Source: Gekko japonicus
Taxonomy: Eukaryota
Reading direction: 5' to 3'
DNA length: 64,000 bases
NCBI RefSeq assembly: GCF_001447785.1
Contig: NW_015164671.1
Span: 157,098-221,097, forward strand
The position numbers were made by a program, and so were the translations under genes. The notes beneath the pieces are model-generated. The model was not told the origin of the DNA. It saw nothing but the letters and a program-made list of their open reading frames with translations, and did not search any database. This document shows, piece after piece, positions 32,628 to 44,775 of this stretch (the stretch's first letter is position 1; each line of letters opens with the position of its first letter).

Positions 32628-32718
32628 AAAAGCCAATCAAGCTGCATATGCAAACGACCTCTGTGTTCCGAGGCAAAGGCCAATGAGGCTGCATATGCAA
32701 ATAACCTCTGTGTTCTGA
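32628..32718 (+). promoter_or_regulatory. Two ~47-bp tandem units, each with a CCAAT box and an octamer-like motif (probable LTR U3 remnant)
   Basis: GCCAATCAAGCTGCATATGCAAACGACCTCTGTGTTC and GCCAATGAGGCTGCATATGCAAATAACCTCTGTGTTC. Confidence 0.5.
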
Positions 32719-33729
32719 CTGGCTATGGGGGGGAGAGGAATGTTGGAGGCAGGACTCAGGACTCAGGCAAAGCAGCCAGTGGATAGGGAGACCCTCTGAA
32801 TGACAGATCAGAGAGCGAACTGATTTTGGAGCATGTGGAATGTTCTAGAGAAGTGCCACCACCATTTGGCTTTTATTTATAAGGGAGATAGTCTGCCTTT
32901 CACACGGAGACTCAAGGCTGATTTCACAGAGTGAGTCACTACAATCAACATTAGCCATGATGTCCAAATTAACGCCCCCATGCTTCAAAGGCAGAGTGCT
33001 TCTGAGTGCCAGGCAGGAGAGCTCTTTGTGTCCTTCTTGAAGGCCCCAGAGAGGCATCTGACTGGCCACTGGGAGCAAGAAGGTGCGGAATTAGACAGAT
33101 CCCTGGTATGATCCTGCTGTGTTCTTTTTATGTTAATTAAAATATTTGTGAGTGTGTGTGTTCTATACTTTCTGGTCATTATAAAGGCAGGAAAAGATTA
33201 ATTCTCCCTGTCAGTTTCACAGAGTGATAATTTATTATGAATATACTCCCTTCCATACAGCAACAGCTGGTATCCCTAATCTTCTCAGAGCCTTTTTTTG
33301 TATTAAAATGGTGTAGAATTATTAAGGTGACACAGGATGTCATTGACAACATCCTCGTAAGGAACAACAAGAATATGGGAATAATGAGAGTTGTGGCTCA
33401 CTTCTGAGTACCACCTGGGGTTTGTTACACTGGAATTTCTTATTTCACCAAATGCTTTGGTAATCACACCAAGGTAATGACTGTTGACTTGCCTTATCCA
33501 TTCTGTAGAGAAGATAATTGAAAGGGGACTGTGTAACATCAGACAAAAGAGTGATGCAATGATTGTTGGTTTCAGAAGCGAGCAGTTGGGGGGGGTAGTA
33601 TTTTGTATTTGATCCAGCTTCTGCAATATACATGCAGAGAACAGTGCAGCAATTTTGTTGAAATATGTAGGAGATCAGTCAGCGAAGTTAGGAGTCTTTA
33701 CCACCTAAGGGAACCAGACCCTGCCATAA

Positions 33730-33953
33730 TTAGAGTTGCCAGGGGATGAGGAATAGGTTTGCCAGATCCAGGTTGGGAAAATTCTGGAAATTTGGGGATG
33801 GAACCTGGGGACAGCAGGGACCTCAGTGGGATACAGTGCCATAGAGTCCACCCTCCAAAGCATTCATTTTCTCCAGAGGAACTGTTCTTTGTCGTCTGGA
33901 GATGGGCTTTAATACCAGGGGATCCCCAGGTCCCACCTGGAGGCTGGCGTCTT
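33730..33953 (-). mobile_element. Copy of the 6932-7176 repeat family
   Basis: TAGAGTTGCCAG...CCATAGAGTCCACCCTCCAAAGCA...TTTTCTCCAGAGGAACTG...CCACCTGGAGGCTGGC. Confidence 0.7.
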
Positions 33954-34383
33954 TAGAATCCATGAGAGACTGTAGATAGGTAGCTACCTCAGAGCCTAAA
34001 AAATGAAGTGAGGGTGCAGTAACTAGATGTTGCAGTCAGAGGGCAGGGAAAGGTCCCTCCCCCAGGTACAGAGCTGGAGAGAAGGCCTGAGGCAATTAAC
34101 TGAGAGGACAGTCCACATCCCCCCCCACACACACATTTTGTTGCTTTAGTTTGGCCATGAGGCCTAGGAACTTTTTTAAAAAGGTGACATTAAATGGCTC
34201 ATTTAATTCTGTGGTGTCCAGCTGTCAGTGAGGATCAAGGGGGATGGGATCCCAAAGTAGGGATGAGGTCCCTGAACTAAGGAGCTACACAGGAATGGAA
34301 ACATTATTGCAATTGAGTGGGTAAACAGAAACCTACTGTTCTAATATCAGTGGTACTGAATAGAGCACTGTTTGTCACACCCT

Positions 34384-34919
34384 GGCTGCAGTCACATGTG
34401 CCAGTTGAAGCAGAGCAGAAGCAAGGCTATTCCCTTCTGGAGGAATTTGACATACAGTTGCAAGATCACGCTTCCCTTCGTAGCTGTGGGCGCAGCCCGT
34501 CACTGTGTGATCAGATGCAACTGTGGGTCGAGTCGGGGTTTTTTTTGGCCGTTTGTTTCCCATTCGCATAAACGAGGAATTGCACCTCCACACTGAAGGC
34601 CTCCCATGGAGTATGTGGTGATGCGCATACTGCAAATGGGGGGGGGGAACGGCACTGAGCTGGGATGGCCTGATCAGACCATCCCGATAGCTTGAGAGCG
34701 TGTTTGAGCGATCAGACAGGGAAAAGTCCATCTGTGGCCCATCAGAACCCATTTACTACTGGACTTTCCCTGGTGTCTTTAACTCCATTTCTGCGGTGTC
34801 ACAGCATGGGTTGCCAAATACTGCGGCATTCTTCCCAGATGTTGCTGTCTGATCGCTCCCTTTAGATCCATCAGGCATTCACACCTATGTCGGATCTAAA
34901 GGCGCGTGTGATCGCAGCC
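34384..34919. mobile_element. Harbinger-type non-autonomous element
   Basis: TIRs GGCTGCAGTCACATGTGCC / GGCGCGTGTGATCGCAGCC; 3-bp TSD CCT. Confidence 0.75.
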
Positions 34920-36040
34920 CCTGACAAAAAGTTACACTCCTAAAATGTACCTGCTTTTCAAAGCACAACTGCACCTTACAATGGTGATTGCACTTCCTCT
35001 TGTCATAAATAGATATATACTATATTGCCAGTAGCTAAACAAGATGCAGGTTGGGCTGAGGTTTATTGGTCTGACTCTCCAGCTTTATCATTTCCATTCA
35101 TAATTTTATATGCTAAGATAATGTTATCTTGTTCTACTGGGTCATATTTTTCACTTCTAGCCAAGGCTTTGAAAACAAAAATACTGGATAATGAGTATTC
35201 TAAAAACTTTTTTTATTTTAACAATATATGGAACATATTATAAAGCAATCAGTTCTGAATGATGAAATGGCAAGAACTGTTTGGGAAAATATGATTCCAT
35301 CATTGAAATGGATTACGCCACATAATAGTCTTCAGCAGACAAAATCAAATGGAGAACTGTTTGTTAAAAATGGCATTGCACTGACAAAATCAGAAACCAT
35401 GTTTGCCTCCACACTTAATATGATAAACCAGAGAAAGAAATCATCCACTGTTAAATCCAAATGACTCTCTGTTTGTCAGTGTTCGACCACTTATCTCATG
35501 GAAGACAGGAAGACATTTCAAGAATGGGAACTCACTGACTGGAAATGTTTCTCCAGGCTTTCAAGTATTCTGTATTAATTTCTGATTTCAGCTATTTCAC
35601 AAAATGATTTGCCTGGCTTGTGAACCAAAGCCATCAATTCCATCCAGTGCCTCAGGTGGTCATGTTTTCCTTCCATTCTTGTAATTAAGGGTTTTTCCCC
35701 TCAATTAAGTATCCAAGGATGAGGCGGTAAAGATGCTAGACAAAAATCAGAACATATATAAGCATATGGTTATTGGTGGTTATAATCAGCAAATCTAAAA
35801 AAACCTACTTTTGAGAATGGATACTCTCTCATGGGCATAATATTACAAGTCTCATTTGATAAATGTTTAAAAGAGCAAATTTCTAGAGCTCTTAGCAAGC
35901 ATCCATATGGCAACTGAGCTCCTCAGCACTATTTCTGCTTCCCATGTACATCATTTGGGTGGTTTATATGTTCTCAGCACATTCCAAACTTCATCTGTTT
36001 GCTGCTTGCAAATGGACTGTCTGAGAGGACATGCATTGTA

Positions 36041-36799
36041 GGCCCAATCTGCATCTGCCGTGTAACTGCTTCTTTCAGCTGTGGTGCCGGCTTCTGTAGC
36101 CGCCCATTTGGCTCAGTATAAAAGCTTGCTGTCTGCATCATGTTTAGGGAGATCATGCAAGAGAGGAGGGAGGAGTGGCCTCTCAGGGGCACCAGCAGAG
36201 CACTGCACTGCACTGTGGGGAGGAAATGGAACCCATGCCCCCCCCACAGAAAGTAAAGGGGGGGAGGGGGAGGGGGACAGGAAAGACTGAATGAGCTGGG
36301 TAAAAGCACAAAACACCTGGAGGTTGCCAGGGAGGGCATTCTGGGGACTGCCCCAGAAAATAACAAATGGTTCAGGGGTGGGTGTGTTTCCAACCCCCCC
36401 CCCCAAAAAAAAAAATGGGATTGCAGAAAAATGCTCCCTGGCTGCTTTTAAATGCTGACGACTGGATTTTCAGCTAACTTGTTTCCTTTGTGACAATTTG
36501 CGTTTTCTCCTTAGAAAAGTTTGGGGGGGGGAATTTGGCTCCAGTTGTCTGATTATTGCTCACAGTGGCTTGGAGGACAGGGAGGAGCAATTAAACCACC
36601 TTAAAACCAAATCCACATAAAGCAGTGAGTTGCCGTAATGACCTCAGAGTCACCACTAAATGGCAATAAAATGATGCAGACAGCTGATGCTGAGATGGAG
36701 CAATATGACAGCAGATGCGGAATGAGATGCAGACAGAAATTTGTTAGATGATGTGGGGTCAGTGGCACAATGGCAGGAATGACCAATGCAGATTGGACC
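36041..36799. mobile_element. Harbinger-type non-autonomous element (same TIR as 17199-17822)
   Basis: GGCCCAATCTGCAT...ATGCAGATTGGACC; 3-bp TSD GTA (36038-36040, 36800-36802). Confidence 0.78.
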
Positions 36800-36804
36800 G
36801 TAGT

Positions 36805-37002
36805 CACATGAAGTTGCCTTATACTGAGTCAGACCCTTGCTCCATCAAACTCTGTATTCCCTACTCAGACTGGCAGTGACACTCTAGGGGCTCGGCCAGA
36901 AGTCTTTCACATTGCCTGTTGCCAGATCCTTTAACTAGAGATGCGAGGGAATGAACATGGAACCTTCTGCATGACAAGCAGATGCTCTACCATTCATTCC
37001 CC
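36805..37002 (-). mobile_element. Squam3-like tRNA-derived SINE
   Basis: Minus strand TGGTAGAGCATCTGCTTGTCATGCAGAAGGTTCCATGTTCATTCCC...CAGTATAAGGCAACTTCATGTG. Confidence 0.8.
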
Positions 37003-37239
37003 TTGCTTACATTTTGCTGTACTGTTAGGCAGTTTCTTGGGTGTTCCTTCTCTGGAGGAGCTGAGTTGGATTCCTGTGACTTTGATAAGAATTTCTTGCT
37101 TTTTTTATGTAGTAGATTGTTTTTTGGTAGCTCTTTTGTAAGCCTCTTTGAATTTTTGTTGAAAAAAGACTGCATATATACTATATAATGATTTGTAAAG
37201 AGTGGACTTTTTGCATAGTTAAAGTTTCGGACACCAGTT

Positions 37240-37730
37240 TAATGAAATGTCCAGCCTACAAGTTAAGATCCTGTTCTCATATTCTGTTCTCTCTGGCCTT
37301 GCCTCCAGAGATAAGACAAGTGGCAACCAGAGACAGGGCTTTTTTGGTGACCGTGGTGGTACCTGACCTTTGGAATGCACACCTCCTTTAGGGCATACAT
37401 GGCACCTCCCTTATTTTCCTTTAGGTGCCAGGTCAAAACGTTTGTTTTTATCCATACTTTTAACAGGAGGGGGCATCTTTTTTAAAGTTGTTTTAATGTA
37501 TTTTAAAATAGTCTTTTAGATATGCTTAAGTATACATTGTTTGTGTGCTTCCCATGAGAAAAAAAATATTTGTGGGCTGCTTTAATGTTTTCTGTTATAT
37601 TTGTGATTTATATTGTTAACCTATTCTGCTTGTTTTAATTGTATTAATATGGAATTTTGTTAGTTGCCTTACTGTGTACTGAAAGATAGGATGAAACATT
37701 TTAAATAACAGTCTATTTAAAATAAATACA
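37240..37730 (+). mobile_element. Old L2 3' fragment
   Basis: Reads like LRS...QVATRDRAFLV.VPDLWN; AT-rich 3' UTR ending in AAATAAATA. Confidence 0.6.
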
Positions 37731-38227
37731 ATGAAATGGAATCAAGTTTTTTTAAATGGAAAACTGGAAATTAAAATTCGTGCACAATACCTAATTACTA
37801 TCCCCTCCTGTTTATATTGTAAGAGGCACTTCATTAAAATGTCAGATGGCAGAGAGGCTATCTTAAAACTTAATATTTCTTGCTACTAGGGAAAAATGTA
37901 GTTACGGTAATTGGGCATGGGGAGTAGGGCCACAACAAAAGATTCATTTTGTTTATCTTACACACAGTTAACCTCTCCAAAGTGATTATTAAACAATTAA
38001 ACGTTCGTGAGCTGGAAGGCAAGAATGGATCTTGAAGAGTTGAATATAGAAACCTAGCAACCTGATACATATTTGAAATGTTTTGTGCTGGAGATAGAAA
38101 TCACAGAGATGTACATGTAAAACAACAAAAGTACTTTCATCCAGGAGGAGGAAGACTTGTCTTGCCTAATCTGTTTTGTAATATGAATGTCAACTACATC
38201 CTAATCCCAGGATGCTGGTGTAGCACC

Positions 38228-38639
38228 TAAGGTTGCCAGACCCCCCCCCCATCTGCTGCCAGACCCCACCTCTCCACTGACAATCAGATGGCCGGTGGTG
38301 GTGGGGACTTACTTCATCCAAAAGGGAGGAACACCCAACATTTTAGTGACATGCCTTTGTGATTTCCAACATGACCCAGAAGTGACATAGCACATCGGGG
38401 ACGTAGGGACAATGCTCTGGTTTTTGGGCAAAGACTCTATGACAGAAGCTAATTCTATCATAGAGTTTTTGCCTCAGAAACAGAGTGTCATCTTGACTTC
38501 CCCAACATGCCTACATTACTTTTGGGTCATGTTGGAAGTTACATGGGCATGTTGCTGAATTGTTGGATGAAACTGCCTGCTCCCGGTAAGCCCACCCTCC
38601 AACACCACCCCAGCTGCCAGGAGGGACCTGGCAACCATA
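38228..38639. mobile_element. hAT Blackjack-like MITE
   Basis: TAAGGTTGCCAG...CTGGCAACCATA; perfect TSD GTAGCACC (38220-38227, 38640-38647); internal palindrome. Confidence 0.88.
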
Positions 38640-39184
38640 GTAGCACCAGTTGAACTAGTAGGTATTCCATGCTCTTTCAACAGAGAAAATAGATTTTTTT
38701 ACAAGAATCTACTCCAAGGAGGCAACAGCATAGCAACTGCACTGGAGTCCATAACAATACCCACCAGTCTGAGCAGGATACCAGCGCCTTTATGTCATCC
38801 AAACAGCCAATCACCTCATGATGATGCTGACAGATATGAAAACCAACCCTGCATTTCTGAGCCATTTCCTTACATTTTCTGAGCCATTAGTCTGCTTTAG
38901 CTAAGCCTTTCTATTGGCCAAAGTGTAGCCATTTTAGAATTCTCCAGAACGTCTGTCTTCTAAGGAGCAAAGCCTTTGTGCTTCTTTCTGAAACAACCGT
39001 ATTTTCCTGTACTTGCTAGAGATAGCCAAGAGGCCCATCTTATCACCCTTGAAGGTCAGTTGTTTGTTACAAAGAGACCAAGCACCCCAAGGCAAACCCT
39101 ATGTGAACATACAATGACTAAAGTCCAGATAAGACCAGAAGGAGGGTACACACTGTCCTATTCATCAGGGACACCTGCAACATA

Positions 39185-39324
39185 GGCTGTGGTCACACAC
39201 ACTGAATAATCCACTTTCAATACACTTTCAGTGCACTTTCCAATTGGATTTTACTGTGTGAACTGGCAAATTCCAGTTGGAAAGTGGATTGAAAGTGGAT
39301 TATTTAGTGTGTGTGACCTCAGCC
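39185..39324. mobile_element. Harbinger-type palindromic MITE
   Basis: GGCTGTGGTCACACACACTGAATAATCCACTTTCAAT / ATTGAAAGTGGATTATTTAGTGTGTGTGACCTCAGCC; TSD ATA. Confidence 0.85.
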
Positions 39325-39353
39325 ATATACAGAACATGTAACTATGCATGTGC

Positions 39354-40300
39354 TGTAGCACCAGAAAGCTGCTGTTTTGAACATGATATATGAGGGTGTC
39401 TAAGAGCTCAGCAGAGGGTCAACCTCTGCCAGTTGACCATCCAACCCAGACTACATAGTGTGCTGCCAGGTATACCTTGTCTCTCCGTGTGCATAGAAAT
39501 CTGTTGCTTTGTTCTCTCATCTTTGGGAGGCTAAGGGGGGTTTGCTAACTGCTTGTTATCTGTCTGTTGCTGAATAAACTGTGTTTTAATTAAGGACCTG
39601 TTTCTGTGAATTTCTGGGTGAGTGGGATTAGTGGGAACTCTTTCAATAGCATACAACCCTGCACCTCTCTGAAAGGGGTCTGATTCTCCCCTTTAGGACC
39701 AAGGGAGCTGTGTGACTTGATCTCTGAGTGTGAATTCCCCTTGAGAACTTGAGAGCTCAACTTCGGTGCGGTACTAACTTGTAGAACTACTTGCTGCAGG
39801 CCATCCCTGCAAGGTAGGACAGCACCAAGAAACATTTGGGAGCCATTTTATACCTAACAATGCTGGTGCACTTCCCTGATGTCACCCTGCCTCTCTCTCC
39901 ATACATACACACACCCTGCCTCTATCCACACATGGGGGGGGAGGATGAGGAAAATAACATGTGGAATACAGCACCCTCCAAAGTACGGAGGACTGTGGCA
40001 AGATAAGTAGAAACTCTGTATCAAATTCTGTTTGAATCTTTTCCTGCACATTCTCTTTTGAAAGATGGACACACATGGCAGGAGGATGACCACTCCAACC
40101 AGAGCACCCAGACACAGCTTGCTCAGTAGAGAAAACAGGAAAACCGTGGCCTTTGGAGACAAGTGTCAGGGCCAAGGGGAGGGTATTCTCTAGTTTGTCT
40201 GTTTGTTTTTGCAATTGGAATCTCAAACCCAAGAAAATAGTTAAGAGAAAACTTGTGCAATCAAATGATTTGCATTGTTTTCTTAAAGGTTTATTTTGAT
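39354..40300 (+). mobile_element. Probable degraded LTR (39354-39645) plus leader of an LTR retroelement or ERV
   Basis: TGTAG...TTTCA with AATAAA at 39573; the downstream sequence is leader-like. No recognisable ORF; right boundary approximate. Confidence 0.4.
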
Positions 40301-40879
40301 CATAAAATCAGAAGCCTTCTCTGTGACCTAGACACTGGGATTTCCCACATTAAACAGACACCTACTCTTACATACCTGACAGGCTATATAACAAAGGAAT
40401 GCACATCCATTGCTAAATGAATGAAAAAAATGGGACACAACCTCTGTTTCATTTCATTTGTTCGAGTAATGACCATAAACAGGAAAAGCAACAGATAGCC
40501 CACCTTTCTCATGGAGACTTAAGGAAGATTGCAGTGTAAAGAAAGAGTTTTAAAAATGTAATCATACATCATAAGACATCCAGTGAACAATGTAATAGGA
40601 CTAAGGATACAAAACTCAATGACAATGGGAGTAGCAATGGAAATTTATTTATTTATATTTACATTTATATCCCACCCTACCCCGAAGGCAAACTGCCCAA
40701 GGCAAAGGTATCATGTGAACAATGCACAATGTGGGATTACAAGGTTTAAAAAATGCAGTAAAAGCCGGATGATACCTACAATAATAGTAAATGATACTGA
40801 GAATAATCATTGCAATGGGCTATGGACCTATTCCCACATGAAGGTGTCCTTCTGGACTGTTGCAGCATACTGCAGTTCT

Positions 40880-42576
40880 TTTTTAAATTTTATTTTATTA
40901 AGAAAAACACAATAAAATAATAGCAATGCTATACATACAACAGATGACTGCCGGTACAGAGTTTGATAATCCAAACCTAAAATTATCAACAAAGCAGAAC
41001 CCATAATAAGTTTCCAAGAATAAACTATTTTGCTACTATCTAGCCTGCTTTCTGGTGAGTTATAAGACTAATCTCTGTGTGAAATAGACTGGTGATCAAG
41101 CTAATATGTGTATTGTATCCTATGTGGGTGGGTGGGGGTATAAAACTACAAGCATATCCAAGGCACATAAGAAGCTCTTGAAGGAAGTATGTCCCTTTCT
41201 GACATGTAATGAAGAACCCTTGACCAGATCGCAACAAACCTCTCATAAGCCTTAAAGGTGTCTGCAACCGTATCTTGAGTGATCTGTGTCAACTTATCCA
41301 AAACAAATTGGTCCCAGATTTTGTCGAACCACGTTTGTATCGAGGGTGTAGAACTAGTTTTCCATCCAGCAGCTATGGTTAGCCTTGCTGCCACAAAGAG
41401 TTTAGAAACGAGATCTTTCTGGGCCCTGGTAGCAGAGATTGCATCCGTTAAGTCTCGAAGTGCCAGCTTAGGACACACTGGTAAGTTTAGTGTTGTGATT
41501 TCCCTTATTTTTCCCATGACCTCTTCCCAAAAGGAGTATATGATGGGGCACTCCCACCAACAGTGAAAGCATGATCCCACATTTCCGCATTTCTTCCAGC
41601 ATTGTGAGCTCACTGCCGGATTTATCTTATGCAGTTTTTCAGGTGTGAAATACCAATGGGTGATCATTTTAAAGAGCTGTATGTGGGTGTTAAAGTTTCT
41701 GGAGCGATTAGTGAGTGAGTTCCAAATTTTAGTCCACATTTGTTTTGAAATATCCATCTGTAAATCCTCCTGCCATCGAAGTTGGTGTTTCAGAACTGAC
41801 CGACTTTCCACTCCTAAAAGCAATTTATACAAACTCACCATCAACCCCTTGGTCGAATCTCCATACTTTAGCAAAATGTTTTCCAATTCAGAATAGGGTC
41901 TATCAGACATGCTTTTAGACGCCAGGAATTCCGTCAGATTTTTTAGCTGCAAGTAACTATGCCAACAAAAACGCACCCCAGCTTGTTCCTCAAAGGACAC
42001 TTTTGCTTGGATTTTCCCATGTAACATGAGATCGGACAGACGCGAGAATCCAGCCTGTATCCAGTCTCTGTAGGAATCTGTCCCTTGTGCCGGTGGGAAC
42101 CACAATTGATTCACAAAGGTAGAGAGTGGAGAAATGTCCGGGATCAGCGGTTTTCTACTGTAATCCCAAACCCTCAGCATTGTTGTTAGACAGGGGTTCT
42201 CCCGAGAAGTTTTCGGTCGACATGCAGATGGCATCCAGCACACTTCCTGAAGGTTATAAGGTGCCACGTAGCACTGTTCCATATTGCACCATAAAGGCCG
42301 AGACTCTTGTTGAACTTGCACCGCTGCTGTGAGAATGGCGGCCTGATAATAAACACGCAGAAGAGGGAAGTCCAGCCCGCCCATTGAAGCTTGTTTCGTC
42401 AAGATATTTGCATTAATCCGAGGTTTTTACCCCTCCCACAGGAAAGAGAAAGAGTGAAGAGACTTTTGCCATAGCCAAAAGGATTTTCCCAGAATATGTA
42501 TCGGGAGTGTTCGGAAAAGGAATAGAAACTTGGGCAGGATGAAACTCTTGATCAGATTAAGTCTGTCAGGTAAGGA
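40880..42576 (-). mobile_element. L1 LINE, 5'-truncated
   Basis: Poly(A) remnant at ~40880-40900; perfect 14-bp TSD CATACTGCAGTTCT (40866-40879, 42577-42590). Confidence 0.92.
41146..42402 (-). pseudogene. L1 ORF2 C-terminal region (418 open codons)
   Basis: GGLDFPLLRVYYQAA, zinc-knuckle-like CWKKCGNVGSCFHCWWECP, AARLTIAAGWK; an upstream frameshifted part reads DRLNLIKSFILPKFLFLFRTLP. Confidence 0.88.
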
Positions 42577-44571
42577 CATACTGCAGTTCTAACTGCATTA
42601 CAATTCTAGTTCCATTATAAGAATGCCCTCCTGAACATATTTTTGTAAATTTTGTGGGATGATAGTACTGTGGGTTCCTACCATGGGAGTCAATCAGTCA
42701 GACTGTTCCACAAGGTGGGAGCCACTACAGAGAATGTGCATGAATGGGCAGTTGTGATTTTACCCATTTGCAGAATGGAACCTTCAGATGGCTTTGCTGA
42801 AATGAGTGAAATTGTCATGATGGAACACAGCAGGAGAGGCAATCCCACAGGTGTGTGGGCCCAAGGTCATGAAGGGCTTTGTAAGTGATATCAGTACCTT
42901 GACTTGAACCTGATAACTGATCCATAGTAAATGAACAAACTTTAGGATGGGTGTGACACCATTTTCCACCTAGCTCCCACTAGTAACTGGGCCATTGCAT
43001 TCTGAATCAACTGGAGTTTCTGAGTTGACTTTAAGGGCAGACCCATATAAAGTAAATTACAGTAGTCTGGCCCCAAGGTAACTATATCATGTATCCTAAA
43101 CATCCATAGAATGCTTATCAATTCCACCATGTTTGCATCAGCATCATCCCTGATTTGCAGGGCACCACGCAATGCTCACAGGGCATATGTCTGCACTGAC
43201 CAATTGATGTAATTATTGGTATCCCAGGGTAGAGTTTCCAGCTGCCTGTAGAAAAAGGAAGCCCTGTATTTATCCGGTGAAGTCAATGCACAATTCTCTA
43301 TTAAAAGACTGGATCTTTTTGGCAAGCCTACACACTGAAAAATAAGAAATGAGGCCCAAAATTGTCACCGGCCAGGTCTTTATCAGAATAGAACCTCTCT
43401 GGTCCAGTTACCCATCTACTGGATCATCCAACTGTGGAAATAACACCAATATAAAAGCTGGTGCATTCACTCAGTGCCCTGGAGCTCTTTGAAGAACAGG
43501 CTTCCATTGTTTTAAAAGTAAAGTGAATTCTGAAATACTTCCAGGTATTTTTAATTGTCTCTAGATCCTTAATACCATGGAAAATCATCGTAGCAAAAGT
43601 TGGTTTCGCTATAAAACATGAGATTACTAATCTAGGATGTCACTTTAAAAACCTGTATAATAATAATAATGTATTCATTTATTTATTTATTTTAATGACA
43701 TCCACTCCTGAAGAGTGCACAGCATCTATCCCTTCTTACCATAACTGGGGTCCAATCTTAAACTAAACTTCAGTAGAACCTGACAGTAGTTTGCTCATAC
43801 TGATTTGTTTTTAATTTCGTATTGATTTGATTTTTAATTTTCATCATCCTCTGAATAGATTAATTGTCTGGCTTAAATTGCAGTAGGTTTTATAAGAATT
43901 ATAAATCTAAATTTTGAAAGCAATCAGAATAGGGAATATTTATACAGAGTTTGTAGCGCTTTTTGCCTTGCAAATTAACTATACGCACTGGCCTGTTTTG
44001 CAAACAGGTGTATACACCTACATGCAGGCCATATGTATTCATGAACAGGGCTTCAGTTTAACCTGTTCACATATATACATGAGTAAGGCTGTGCTGCCAG
44101 GCATGGAAGTCATTTCTTTCTCCGCCAAGGGAGTGGATAGAACTGCTGTCAGGTTTCCTGGCCTCCAAAGCGCTGCTGGCCCTCCGATGTGCGATGGGTC
44201 TTGCTTAACCCTCGCCCCCACCAGAACCTACTTGGAAGCCACCTGTATCAATTCCAGGTGATATGGCTGCCATATCCCAGCCAGCACCATCCACAGCCTG
44301 TGGTAACCAATGGCACTCCTCCAGGCCCTGGCAACACGCTGGACCTTCAGTTAAAGGCAATTGCATTATCAAACTTGTGTAACACTCATTAGAAACAACC
44401 CATGACATGTACACATGCCGGCTGTCAAATTCCCAAATCACAGCAGCAGGTTGGAAGTCACACTGTATTCCTGCTAAAACAGAAAAACAGAAGGTACAAA
44501 TGACATATTGCAATGGATTATTTGAATCCTAACACCTGAAAAGGACTAAGCCAATTTTCCAACTCAGAGTG

Positions 44572-44775
44572 ATGAAGCTGCCTTATACTGAATCATACCA
44601 TTGGTCCATTAAGGTCAGTATTGTCTACTCATACTCGTAGCGGCTCTCCGGGGTCTCAGGCTGAGGTTTTTTACACCACCTACTGCCTGTTCCTTTTACT
44701 AGAGATCCCAGGAATTGGACCTAGGGGCTTCTGCATGCCAAGCAGAGGCTCTTCCACTGAGCCACAGCCCCTCCC
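44572..44775 (-). mobile_element. Full-length Squam3-like tRNA(Ala)-derived SINE
   Basis: Minus strand GGGAGGGGCTGTGGCTCAGTGGAAGAGCCTCTGCTTGGCATGCAGAAG (A-box), degenerate B-box GGTCCAATTCC, tail CAGTATAAGGCAGCTTCAT. A partial copy follows at ~44885-45015. Confidence 0.82.

Larger units (their letters stand above)
40640..43170 (-). mobile_element. Old L2 3' portion split by an L1 insertion
   Basis: (ATTT)n / TTTATATCCCACC tail at ~40640-40680; peptide DYCNLLYMGLPLKSTQKLQLIQNAMAQLL at 42942..43172. Confidence 0.72.

Noticed and set aside
44700-44775. tRNA-Ala gene (also at ~23745 and ~36940)
   Set aside because: The A/B boxes run directly into a shared SINE body and the cloverleaf is degenerate; these are SINE heads.
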